Positions 8,624-18,203 of a stretch of DNA of 64,000 nucleotides are shown here, in pieces. The translations under genes were made by a program, and so were the position numbers. The notes under the pieces were generated by a model. That model was not told the DNA's origin and did not search any database. It saw only the letters and a list, made by a program, of their open reading frames with translations. The first letter of the stretch is position 1. Every line of letters starts with the position of its first letter. The stretch is taken from positions 1,440,001 to 1,504,000 of the forward strand of contig CBDCKW010000009.1 of the NCBI GenBank assembly GCA_965218435.1. The letters run 5' to 3'. The DNA comes from Truepera sp. (GTDB lineage: Bacteria; Deinococcota; Deinococci; Deinococcales; Trueperaceae).

Positions 8624-11437
8624 GTGCCGCCTTCTGTTCTGCCGCTTTCTCCTGAGGCCGAAGCTCACCGGTTAGCCACGCTGCGCCGTTACGGGGTCCT
8701 AGGGTCTTCCCCTAGCAAAACCTTCGACCGGCTGGCGCAGCTGGCCGCCGGTAGCTTAGGGGTGGCGGGCGCAGCGATCAGCTTTGTCGGTGAGCAGCGG
8801 GTTTTTTACAAAGCTTTTTACTACCGAGCTTTGCACGGTCAAGCTCTATACAGTCAAGCTTTATACAGTCAAGCTTTATACAGTGCTGCCGGTCAACCGA
8901 GCCGCCGTTCATTTCCGCGTGGTCAAACACTTTGCGCGGCGGCGGCTTTCGCGAAAACGCCCTTTGTGTTGGAAGATGTAGGCGCAACTGAAGCAGCGAA
9001 ATACCGGAACCTCGCATTTGTTCAGCAAAACGGGGTACATTTTTACGCCGGGGTGCCGCTGACGGCTCCTGACGGTGCGGTGCTCGGGACGCTGAGCGTC
9101 TTTGACGCTGTACCCCATACCCCCAAACCGGGTCAGCTCGAGCTTTTAGAAACCCTCGCGCAAACGGTGCTGGAACTGCTCGAGCAGCAGCGTGAAGCTT
9201 TAGCCCGCGCCGAGGCGGTCAAGACCAAAACGCATCTGGGCGAACTGCTCGAGCACGCCCCTTACTACGCCTTTACCGTCTCCGCTGACGGGCGTCTGGA
9301 CTACCTTAACGATACCCTCAAACGGGCGCTGGGTTACCCTTCACCTCCTGAACACTACCGCACGCTCTACGCCGAAAATGCTCAAGACGTGGTGAGAGCC
9401 GCCTTTCATGAAGCCCTCGAGCAAGGGCGAGCTGAGCTCTCTACGACGCTGCAAACAAGGAGTGGCGCACTGATTCCGGTTTCGCAGACGCTAACATGTT
9501 TGGTGCGGGCTGAGGGTGAGGCGGGTTTAGCGGTCGTAGCCTACGACACCTCGGCGCAGCAGCAGCGCGACGCCCTCGAGCAAAAACGCGCTGAGGTGCT
9601 CGAGCTTACCGCCCGCGGCGCACCGCTCCCGGCGGTGCTGCTCGAGCTGCTCAAGCTTTTAGAAACGTCGTGCCGGGGGCTCATCGGCGCGGTGTTTCTC
9701 GTCCATCAAGGGACATTACAGCTCGAGGTCGCGCCGCAACTACCGAGCGCCTTTGCACATATCGTCCGTGAGCTGCCCCTTAGCGCGGTGGCGGCAGCGC
9801 CGGGGGCCGCGGTGCTACGAGGCCAACGGGTCCTCAGCAGCGATATTCGGCGTGACCCGCTCTGGCACCATCAACGCTACTACGCCCTCCAAAACGGGCT
9901 GCAAGCGTGTTGGGCCGAGCCCATTTTAAGCGACCAAAATGAAGGTCTCGGGACCTTTGTGCTTTACGCGAACGAGCCGAAAACGCCGACCGAGACCGAG
10001 GGGCGGCTGTTACGTGAAACCGCCCAGCTAGCCGCCATCGCCGTTTCACGGCAGAAGCTTTACGCGCAGCTCGAGCACCAAGCGCACTACGACGCGCTGA
10101 CCGGCCTGCCCAACCGTAGACTCCTCAGCGAGCATTTAGGGCGCGCCGTGCGGCAGGCCCAAGCTCAACCTGAGCAAGGGGGTGTCGGCGTCTTTTTGCT
10201 CGACCTCGACGACTTTAAGCGGGTCAACGATGCACTTGGTCACGCAGCGGGTGACGCGCTGCTCAGCGCCGTTGCCGGACGACTGCAGACGCATTTGCAA
10301 ACGCAGCTGCCGCCGCGGACCACGCTGGCGCGGAGCGGCGGCGACGAGTTCGTCTTGACCGTGCCCTTAGCCTATCAGGGTGACGCGGCCCGCTTCGCTT
10401 TCGAGCTCGAGCGTACGTTTGCCGCTCCCTTTAGGCTGGGCGAGCGCACGCTCCAAGTCGGGGCCAGCATCGGGGTCAGCCGCTTTCCCGAAGATGCGAA
10501 TACCCCGCAGGCGCTGCTGCAAGCGGCCGACACCGCTATGTACGCCGCTAAAGCCGACCGCCGCGCCGGGTCGGGGCAGAGTTACAGGCTCTACCGGAGT
10601 GAGATGACCGAGCAGCTCGAGGCGCAGCTCAGGCTCGAGGCGGAGCTTAAACGAGGACTCGCACAAGATGAGTTCTGCCTTTTTGTTCAACCTCGTTTCG
10701 ACCTTAAACGGCAGCAGGTGGTGGCCTCCGAAGTGCTCATACGTTGGGCACATCCCCAAAAGGGTTTGCTCTTGCCCGGAGCCTTTTTGGAGGGTGCGCA
10801 GCAAGCCGGACTGTTGCCGCAACTCGACGCGTGGGTGTTGCACCAGGTCACGCGCTACTTAAGCGAAGGCGCAGCGGCCGGTAAACCGGTGCAGCTCTCT
10901 TGCAACGTGTCGGCGGTAAGTTTTCAAGACGCGACCTTTTTGCGTGAGTTAGAGGCGGCTTTAGGCGAAGACCCGGAAGTTTCCAAAGGGCTCGAGCTCG
11001 AGATTACCGAAAGCTTGCTGATGCAAAACTTAGACAGCGTGGCAGCTCGGCTCACCGACCTCAAGGGGCGGTTTCCGGGTATCCGCGTGGCGATTGATGA
11101 CTTTGGCAGCGGCTATTCGTCACTCGCCTACTTGCGTTACCTCCCTATTGATACGCTCAAGATAGACCGGGCGTTCGTCCGTGACCTCGACCATCAGGGC
11201 GGCACCCTCCAAAGGACCGCCCTGGCGGTGATTCGCACCGTGATCGCCCTCGGTCACGACCTCGGCTTTCGGGTCGTCGCCGAGGGCGCTGAGTCTGAAG
11301 GTCAACTTGGGATGCTGACCGCGCTCGGCGCTGACGAAGTGCAGGGTTTTGCTATCGGCAAACCGCAACCGCTGACGCCGTGGTTACATACGGGTGGTTC
11401 CGCTGAGGCGTCGGCGTCCCCAGGTGACCTGTCATAG
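8624..11437 (+). CDS. GAF-PAS-GAF-GGDEF-EAL c-di-GMP signalling protein
   Basis: FYAGVPL (GAF), YDALTGLPNR, intact GGDEF, EVL variant of EAL, DDFGSGYSS. Confidence 0.93.
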   Translation: MPPSVLPLSPEAEAHRLATLRRYGVLGSSPSKTFDRLAQLAAGSLGVAGAAISFVGEQRVFYKAFYYRALHGQALYSQALYSQALYSAAGQPSRRSFPRGQTLCAAAAFAKTPFVLEDVGATEAAKYRNLAFVQQNGVHFYAGVPLTAPDGAVLGTLSVFDAVPHTPKPGQLELLETLAQTVLELLEQQREALARAEAVKTKTHLGELLEHAPYYAFTVSADGRLDYLNDTLKRALGYPSPPEHYRTLYAENAQDVVRAAFHEALEQGRAELSTTLQTRSGALIPVSQTLTCLVRAEGEAGLAVVAYDTSAQQQRDALEQKRAEVLELTARGAPLPAVLLELLKLLETSCRGLIGAVFLVHQGTLQLEVAPQLPSAFAHIVRELPLSAVAAAPGAAVLRGQRVLSSDIRRDPLWHHQRYYALQNGLQACWAEPILSDQNEGLGTFVLYANEPKTPTETEGRLLRETAQLAAIAVSRQKLYAQLEHQAHYDALTGLPNRRLLSEHLGRAVRQAQAQPEQGGVGVFLLDLDDFKRVNDALGHAAGDALLSAVAGRLQTHLQTQLPPRTTLARSGGDEFVLTVPLAYQGDAARFAFELERTFAAPFRLGERTLQVGASIGVSRFPEDANTPQALLQAADTAMYAAKADRRAGSGQSYRLYRSEMTEQLEAQLRLEAELKRGLAQDEFCLFVQPRFDLKRQQVVASEVLIRWAHPQKGLLLPGAFLEGAQQAGLLPQLDAWVLHQVTRYLSEGAAAGKPVQLSCNVSAVSFQDATFLRELEAALGEDPEVSKGLELEITESLLMQNLDSVAARLTDLKGRFPGIRVAIDDFGSGYSSLAYLRYLPIDTLKIDRAFVRDLDHQGGTLQRTALAVIRTVIALGHDLGFRVVAEGAESEGQLGMLTALGADEVQGFAIGKPQPLTPWLHTGGSAEASASPGDLS
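8807..8884 (+). repeat. In-frame 15-bp tandem repeat, about 5 units (xQALY)
   Basis: tacaaagctttttac taccgagctttgcac ggtcaagctctatac agtcaagctttatac agtcaagctttatac. Confidence 0.85.
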
Positions 11438-11550
11438 GTTGTAGCCGGTATCGTCCAGGTAGCAACGTCCGCTTGGCTTTTACCGACCGGCACGCATATT
11501 CTGTGATACCTGTAGCGTAGTAGCCTTGCCCAGAAATGGCAACAGCTGTG

Positions 11551-12546
11551 CTACCAGTCTCGGGTCACGTCCTCGAGCGCCTTTTCACTGACTTTGGCGT
11601 AGATTGTCGTGGTGGCGATGTTTTTATGCCGCAGATGGGTTTGGGTCCGCCTGAGGTCGCCGGTTTCTTCGTACATCCGGGTTCCCGATTGGTGCCGGAG
11701 AGGATGGAGTGCGCGGTAGTCAACCCCGGCGGCGGCGCAGAGCGCCCGGAGCCGCTGGCGCAGACGTTCGTCGCCGTAGGGGAGAACCTTGCCCGCTCTC
11801 GTTTTACCTTTGCGCCGCACCGTCGTATCGGTTTTGAGCACCTCGAGCGCGGTGACGAGACTTTGAGACAAAGCCACGCTGTCCACGTAGCCACCTTTAC
11901 CCCGAACCTGGAGCCGCTTTGTTTTAAGGTCAACCGTGCGCCACTCGAGCCCTGCCGCTTCATGAGCACGTAACCCGGCGTGGGCGCAGAGCAGGAGTGC
12001 TGCGGTGTCAGCCGGGTCAGTAGCAACGTTGAGAAGCGCCCCCAGGTCGGCCTGCGGATAAGGCTGAACTTTTTCCCACGCCGGGACGGGATCGTGAACG
12101 CCTTTAACTGAGGCAAACGGGGTTGCGTCGGTGGCCCCGGCCCAGTGCAGCGCCCGGTAGAGTACACGGGCCGCGGCCAGCGTTTTGTTGACGGTCGAGG
12201 GCGAGCGGTAACGGGGTGGGCCGTCGGTACCGGTATTAAAAGGTGTTTCTTTAAGCCACGCTCGGTAGCGGCTCCCCATGCGGCGGCTGGGGCGCAAAAG
12301 GTTTTCGTGAACGTTGGCCGTGACAAAAAGTCCGACGCCGTGGCGGTACGCCTTAAAGGTCAGGCGGCTTAAGTTGCCCTTGTCGGTGGTGTCCTCGAGG
12401 TACGCCTGCGTCAACACCCAGAGCGCAGCGGCGTCCCGGTCGCCGGCGGCTTGCAAGGCAAAACGGCGGAGGGCCTCGTCGTCTAAACGGCGGGTAAGGC
12501 TGACTTGCTCGAGCTCACCCGTGGGTGTGTAGGGCGTCAGAGTCAT
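11551..12546 (-). CDS. Tyrosine recombinase/integrase (XerC/D-like)
   Basis: Catalytic set intact: GLR, GKGG, HPLRH, LRH, TTIY. Confidence 0.93.
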   Translation of the reverse strand: MTLTPYTPTGELEQVSLTRRLDDEALRRFALQAAGDRDAAALWVLTQAYLEDTTDKGNLSRLTFKAYRHGVGLFVTANVHENLLRPSRRMGSRYRAWLKETPFNTGTDGPPRYRSPSTVNKTLAAARVLYRALHWAGATDATPFASVKGVHDPVPAWEKVQPYPQADLGALLNVATDPADTAALLLCAHAGLRAHEAAGLEWRTVDLKTKRLQVRGKGGYVDSVALSQSLVTALEVLKTDTTVRRKGKTRAGKVLPYGDERLRQRLRALCAAAGVDYRALHPLRHQSGTRMYEETGDLRRTQTHLRHKNIATTTIYAKVSEKALEDVTRDW

Positions 12547-12641
12547 GCTGTAGTGTAACCGCTAAATACATAATAAGATTGTAGTGAGAATGTTCGTTCT
12601 CCAAAATAGGATAGGTTTGTATAGAGTCTTTTAATCATGAA

Positions 12642-13370
12642 TTATTGCTCCCAACTAACCTCAGGAATAGTTAGCGTGATTCCCGCTACACCAAATGGTT
12701 GAGAAACCGGGCCTTCAATCTTCTGTTCATAGACCGAAAGACTCATCACTCGTTGCCCAGTTTTGTCACTCAGAAAAATATCTACAGGGAGCTTGAGCCT
12801 GTAAAGCACTGTTCCAGTCACGCTGTGTTGGAAATAGAAGTATATATTTGTCCGTCCTAGCTTTTGAATTTCTATGAGGTTGATTACTTTTTCTTTAATT
12901 TCACCTGGGGCAATGATGAAGTTTGGAATGTCAGGCACGAGCGGCCCAGGACGGTCTGGATAATCGGGACCCCAGTAGTGGGGCTGCGAGTCAAAAATAA
13001 CGGCTTGACGGAGCAAAATAAAGCCCTGACTCATGTTGGCAAAGTGGAACTTATATGTGGGCTGCTGTTTTGGTGTTTCAAACAATTCAGTGTTTTCCAG
13101 AAGGATTTGGAAGTAAGGTTTTCGTACCTTGTCCTCCAAATCATCTCTACGCTGCTGAATACGCCTTGAAAAATAGACTGACCAGAACGCCGCAAACGCA
13201 GCAGCCATAGTTCCTAAGGCTGTAATAGTTTCAAACCACTGTGAACCGATACTGAGCGAAACAGTGACCGATAAACCGAATAGGATACCGAAAGCAAAGA
13301 CTGGAATAGACCATCCATACTTTTGCGCCCAGTCGGACGCCCGCTCAAGTCCTGCGCGCCACCCCTTCAC
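12642..13370 (-). CDS. Hypothetical membrane protein with two N-terminal hydrophobic helices, AT-rich gene
   Basis: 242-aa ORF in AT-rich DNA; hydrophobic segments WSIPVFAFGILFGLSVTVSL and ALGTMAAAFAAFWSVYF. Confidence 0.7.
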   Translation of the reverse strand: MKGWRAGLERASDWAQKYGWSIPVFAFGILFGLSVTVSLSIGSQWFETITALGTMAAAFAAFWSVYFSRRIQQRRDDLEDKVRKPYFQILLENTELFETPKQQPTYKFHFANMSQGFILLRQAVIFDSQPHYWGPDYPDRPGPLVPDIPNFIIAPGEIKEKVINLIEIQKLGRTNIYFYFQHSVTGTVLYRLKLPVDIFLSDKTGQRVMSLSVYEQKIEGPVSQPFGVAGITLTIPEVSWEQ

Positions 13371-13387
13371 GCTTCCACCACCCGGCC

Positions 13388-13585
13388 TCAGTCTTCCTTG
13401 TCAGCGTGGCGAACGTCCAGCACAGTTTCTAGGTCGAACCGTGGTGCGCTGAAATATACAGGAGTAACGGGCTCAGGCTGTTGGTTTGGAGATAAAGTCC
13501 GAGATAAAAGACTTTCAAATTCAAGTGGTTCTATCTCTAGTTCCTTAGAGCGTGAACCATTCAGAGCGACTTCTAAAGGCGGCAT
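13388..13585 (-). CDS. Small hypothetical protein
   Basis: 65-aa ORF ending 17 bp upstream of the 242-aa ORF, with a -10-like TAGAAT just before the ATG. Confidence 0.35.
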   Translation of the reverse strand: MPPLEVALNGSRSKELEIEPLEFESLLSRTLSPNQQPEPVTPVYFSAPRFDLETVLDVRHADKED

Positions 13586-13697
13586 GGGGGATTCTATACC
13601 GATCAGCTATAGCTAAATAAGCTATAGCTAGATAGAGGTCGAATCAATAAAAGTGTCGCGGCAAAGCGAAGAGCTATTCTCCAAAATAAACGCTCGT

Positions 13698-14012
13698 TCA
13701 CCCCTGTCTTACGCCGTAGCCTGAGCCTGATGAACTCGCCCCTCGGCGCAAGTAGTGACGCAAATAGTGCTTTACAGTACCTCTCAAACCTGGTGTGTTT
13801 TGGCGGTGGGGCTGGGTTTCGCTTCTTAGCGTGTAGTAGGTCGAGTCACATCCTCTGATACGGACTTGGCCGACTAGCGCCAGCTCTTGGCAGATACTGT
13901 ACATTTGCCCCGGAGTCAGACTGTTCGTCCTAGAAAACTCGATAAAGCTCCCATGCCAAAATGAGTGGTCTTGATGAGACTCGATGTGAACGTATAGGTT
14001 ATTTGGTTCCAT
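13698..14012 (-). CDS. Hypothetical protein
   Basis: 104-aa ATG-started ORF; no recognisable motif. Confidence 0.35.
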   Translation of the reverse strand: MEPNNLYVHIESHQDHSFWHGSFIEFSRTNSLTPGQMYSICQELALVGQVRIRGCDSTYYTLRSETQPHRQNTPGLRGTVKHYLRHYLRRGASSSGSGYGVRQG

Positions 14013-14325
14013 GAGGCAGCATAGTCTGCGGTAGTTGCGACCCCTTTGCGACCTTTTTGCGATTTTTTGCGGTCAGCTTGCTGAGGCAGGTTGCGGCAAA
14101 CATGTGGACATGCAGTAGGATTTTAGCGAACACCTTGGCGTCTGGTCCGCTGGATTGCGGTTCTCGCAAAAGCCAGGACGACTCTTTCATTCGTTCTGAG
14201 CTTCCATAGCTGTTCTTCATAGGTGCGATAAGGCACACGCAGCTTTACAAAGCTCGAGGATGCTTGTAAGAGGATGCTTGTAAATTGACGTCACCTCAGT
14301 GCAGCTGCTCGATCCCCTCTCACTT

Positions 14326-15190
14326 TCAAGGTTTGACACTCACTTTAGCCACAATCACCCCGATGGTTGTACCCAAGCTGTCTTTACAGACGAAGATACG
14401 TTTTTGCTTAACACATGGGTCAGTTGACGCCGGTACGCCGTCAAGCTCTGGAAATGCCCCCGGCCCACCTACGGTATAACTTCCAAGGCTTGGTGTACTA
14501 ACCAACATGTATAAACCCTGATGACCTTGCACTATGTTTACCCCCGGTCGTTGAGCAAGGATGACCTCGATACCCCAATTTGCAGTCATGTGAAACGACC
14601 TGGGGATTAGTTTGGTGGTTACTTTGTACGAAAAACGCGGCACAGCAGCGAGCGCACCTGTCAAGGTAGAGTAAACTTCCTGTCCGGTGGCGTGCATCAT
14701 GCTTAGCGTGTGGTCATACGAGACTTTGAGGCCGAGTGCTTGCAGCACAGGTTTGGCAGAGACGTAAAGGGTATTGCCCAGGGCTTTGTTACGGTAAAGA
14801 TACGTCGGCTTAAACCCCGTCTTGATAGGTTTACCTCTGTACAAGGCTGTAGCGTCGTTGGGCGTATAGATGACGCGCTCTTCTGTTTCGTGATATGTCG
14901 GCCACGAGAGATAGATTGTACCGTCTTTAGCTCGGTCTATTTTTGCGTTAAAGATATCGGCACAAACCTTTAGGGGTATAACCAGCTCGCCATCAGCTCG
15001 AGTGAAAGGTCCATCAGGGCCGGTAAAAAAGATGTAGAGATCGTTTAGCTTAAACAGGCTTCGCTTCAGCTGGTGCTTGGCTAAGACAGCATTGGAAACC
15101 GGGGGCAGCTTTATAAACGTCTGAGCTGGCAAAGACCGAACTGCTAAGTAAGGTAACCAGCGCGGCTAGTTTGATAACTCTGAGCAACAA
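14326..15190 (-). pseudogene. Secreted protein (copper amine oxidase N-terminal/stalk-like segments), frameshifted after the signal peptide
   Basis: RBS GGAGTGAGG plus TTG at 15190 encodes signal-like LLRVIKLAALVTLLSSSVFA, which is out of frame (58 nt) with the 268-aa ORF. The motif LYVSAKPVLQALGLKVSYD resembles stalk domains. Confidence 0.55.
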
Positions 15191-15397
15191 GTACCTCACT
15201 CCTCTAGGGCCGAGCACATGGTCGCCCTCTACCCTATCACTGCAACTTGCAGTCTGTCTCTCAGTGACCGAGCCTATTTAGCTCTTGGCCTCGCAACGAG
15301 CCAGGACGTCTATACTGCCGAGCGTGCCCGGGCTAATGAGTTATTTGACCTCGAGACGATAGGGATTGACTGAGGTAGCGTTATATACGATTAAATG

Positions 15398-15432
15398 AAA
15401 TATTTCACAACACCCTAGCATGTGAAATATTT
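15398..15432. repeat. Dispersed palindrome TTCAC-N13-GTGAA, copy 4 (reverse orientation)
   Basis: AAATATTTCACAACACCCTAGCATGTGAAATATTT. Confidence 0.78.
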
Positions 15433-15636
15433 ATTTCCTCGAGGGTCTAGAGACAGCTGTATGAGCCGCAAGCAGGCTGTTAAGAATGGAGATATTTGAT
15501 GTTAAATAACGTTTTGAAAGTGAGCTTGCGGCTGGTGGTTCGCCTGTGACACAACGACTGGTTGCTCCGTTGGTGTTAGAAGCAAAACGGGCGCACAAGG
15601 TTTATAAAACAACTTACTTATGGAAACAGCAAGGCG

Positions 15637-17013
15637 TCACTCGGTACCCTGCTCGGCGTGCGTAACGTGGGCGTCCTCACCCTTAAAACCGGTAAGCTCG
15701 AGCCCTACCGCACCCTCCGCCGCGACAGCCTTGCCGTAGTAGGCCGGACGGTTTTCGCCCCAAACCACTTCGCAGTTTCGCAGTGTGACGTTCTTAGCGT
15801 GATGGACGGTAAAGCCGTTGGTCGGCAGCTCCGGCATCCCGTCCCCCTCGTCACGTGGACGCAGGTCTTGCCTCGAGCCGTTCCACTTACTGGTCTTATT
15901 TAGTTCGATACGGACATTCTCGAGCACAATATCGTCAATCCACCCCGGCTTTTCGGCGTAGATCATCACGCCGTTCTCACTTTTAGCTAAGACGTTAAAG
16001 ATACGGACACGGCGAATCCGACCCGAGCCGTCTCGTTTGCGCCACGGGGTGCTGTTAAGGTAGATCGGTTCACCCCGCCCCCACCAAGCTTCGTAAAAGA
16101 TGCGCGTTTCAACGATCATATTTGAGAAAATGACGTTCTCAACGTCGCCGGGTTCGCCTACGTGAATACACAGGCCCCTATGCGAACTGCGCACAGTACA
16201 AGCGTCAAAAATGACGTTGCGAATGGGACTGCAAATTTCGTTACCGAGTTTGAGGGCGCTCGAGGTGCTCATGAGCGTACAACCGGTGACGGTAATGTCC
16301 TCGCACGCCCCGTAAACTTGCGTCGCCCGGTTGGTTTTAAGGCAAATGGCGTCGTCACCCGACACGATGTCGCAGTCGCTGACGCGTACGCGGCGACAGT
16401 TTACCAGGTCGATAGCGTCGTTGTTCGGCAGTTTGAGGTCGTTACGGATACGGACGCCGTGAATCACCACATCTTCACAGCCGGTTAGCCGCAGCGTCCA
16501 GAAGGCCCCGTCTTTAATGATGACGTCTTTGATGGTCAGTCCGACGCTGCCGATGAGGTGCAAGGTGTAAGGCCGCGCCAGATATTGCGGTTCGTCGCCA
16601 TTGTCCCGCATTTTATAGATATAGGTCTGGTCTTCAGCGACGAACGCCCGCCCGTTCCCATCTAAGGTGCCGCCGCCCGTAATCGCCGCGTCGTGCGCCC
16701 TAAATGAGGTGATCCAGGCGCGTTTGGGTAGTTCGGTCTCGTCGAAGAGACCGTCCGTTACGGCGTCACTAAAGTGTTCGCGGGTGTAATCGGCGTAGTT
16801 GGGGCTGGCGAGGAGCGTCGCGCCGCGCTCCAGGTACAGTTCTACCCGCGCTTTTAGAACAAACGAGCCCGTCATAAAAACCTGTCCGGCAGGGACGAGC
16901 ACCGTGCCGCCGCCCGCTTCATAACAGGTATCAATGGCGCGTTGCAGCGCGGCCGCGTCGTTTGTGACACCGTTCCCGTCGGCACCGAAGTCGTTGAGAT
17001 GGTAGGGCATCAT
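15637..17013 (-). CDS. Glycoside hydrolase family 28 protein
   Basis: DFGADGNG...ALQRAID start, NNDAID and SGDDAICLK motifs, beta-helix repeats. Confidence 0.88.
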   Translation of the reverse strand: MMPYHLNDFGADGNGVTNDAAALQRAIDTCYEAGGGTVLVPAGQVFMTGSFVLKARVELYLERGATLLASPNYADYTREHFSDAVTDGLFDETELPKRAWITSFRAHDAAITGGGTLDGNGRAFVAEDQTYIYKMRDNGDEPQYLARPYTLHLIGSVGLTIKDVIIKDGAFWTLRLTGCEDVVIHGVRIRNDLKLPNNDAIDLVNCRRVRVSDCDIVSGDDAICLKTNRATQVYGACEDITVTGCTLMSTSSALKLGNEICSPIRNVIFDACTVRSSHRGLCIHVGEPGDVENVIFSNMIVETRIFYEAWWGRGEPIYLNSTPWRKRDGSGRIRRVRIFNVLAKSENGVMIYAEKPGWIDDIVLENVRIELNKTSKWNGSRQDLRPRDEGDGMPELPTNGFTVHHAKNVTLRNCEVVWGENRPAYYGKAVAAEGAVGLELTGFKGEDAHVTHAEQGTE

Positions 17014-17159
17014 AAATCTCCTTTAGAACCTAGCTCGCTGATAGGCCGCCGTATATGGACTCTTCCAAAACCGGCGGGCAGTGTAGCTACACGCCGTAGC
17101 AACATGAAACCGCAGGCGTCCTCCGTAAAACGCTGAGGCTCGAGTTCGGGTCGCTCTTT

Positions 17160-18203
17160 TTACGACTCGAGCACTACGCGCTCACTCCTGCGGGCACTTT
17201 CGGTAGCGCCGAAGACCATCGCCAGCGACTTGAGGTTGTCCTTCGCTTCGGTCGCGGGCCTGGTACCGTCCCGTAAAAAAGCCAGCAACTCGCGCAGCGC
17301 CCCGTGCTGCTGCGTGTACTTAACGGTCACGGCGGGTAGCCCTAAGTCTCTCAGCGGCCGCTGAAAGCCTTCGTCCCCGGCAACGACTTGAGCTTGCGGC
17401 GGCGCGTCACGCTCGTACAAAATGCTCCCCCGCTCGCCCACAAAACGCCAGTCGCCGTTCCAACTCGTCGGCTGACCTTCGGCGCACCAACTCCCCTGAT
17501 AACTAAAGACGACGCCGCCCGTCAGCTCGAAGATGCAGCTCGCCGCCGCGTCGCCTCGGTACCACGAGCCCTGCGGGTTAAACCCTTTGGCGTAAACGGC
17601 AAGCGGGTCTGCACGAGTAAAAAAACGGGCCAGGTCAAAGTGGTGAATCGCCATGTCTAAGAGCAGCGGGTTCGTCATCTCATTGCGGAAGCCGCCGAAG
17701 TGTGCGCCCAGGTAAAAGGCGCAGTTGAGCGCCGTCACCCTTCCCACCGCGTTATTTTCTAAAGCTTGACGGATTTGTACGTGCAGGGCGTCCCAGCGGC
17801 GGTTCTGACTGACCATAAAGAGTTTGCCGGTCTGTTCGGAGAGCTCGAGCAACCCCCTAGCCTCGGCCATAGACGCCGCCAGCGGTTTTTCACTGAGGAC
17901 GTGACAACCGGCCTTTAACGCAGTCGTAACGACCTGCGCCCTCGCTTCGGGCACGGTCAGGTCCAAAACAAAGTCGGGCGACTCGGCAGCTAAGACCGCC
18001 GCTAAGTCCGTACTCGCTTTTGCTCCTAAACCAAACTCATCAATCCGGCGCTGGGCGGCTTCTCTTTGCAAGTCCACGACCGCAATCACGTCAACCTCTT
18101 CAGCTTTGACACCCGGCAGCCACGCCCCGGCGATGCCCCCGGCTCCGACGATGACAACTCGGGGACGGCCTTTAACCACGTACCACGCCCTGGTTCTCGG
18201 CAA
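17160..18203 (-). CDS. Gfo/Idh/MocA family oxidoreductase (true start probably near 18179)
   Basis: VIVGAGGIA, HVLSEKP and LDMAIHHFD motifs. Confidence 0.9.
   Translation of the reverse strand: MPRTRAWYVVKGRPRVVIVGAGGIAGAWLPGVKAEEVDVIAVVDLQREAAQRRIDEFGLGAKASTDLAAVLAAESPDFVLDLTVPEARAQVVTTALKAGCHVLSEKPLAASMAEARGLLELSEQTGKLFMVSQNRRWDALHVQIRQALENNAVGRVTALNCAFYLGAHFGGFRNEMTNPLLLDMAIHHFDLARFFTRADPLAVYAKGFNPQGSWYRGDAAASCIFELTGGVVFSYQGSWCAEGQPTSWNGDWRFVGERGSILYERDAPPQAQVVAGDEGFQRPLRDLGLPAVTVKYTQQHGALRELLAFLRDGTRPATEAKDNLKSLAMVFGATESARRSERVVLES

Noticed and set aside
11565..12326. 253-aa alternative-frame ORF within the recombinase gene
   Set aside because: Its Pro/Arg/Ser/Thr-rich composition is typical of a shadow frame in GC-rich DNA.
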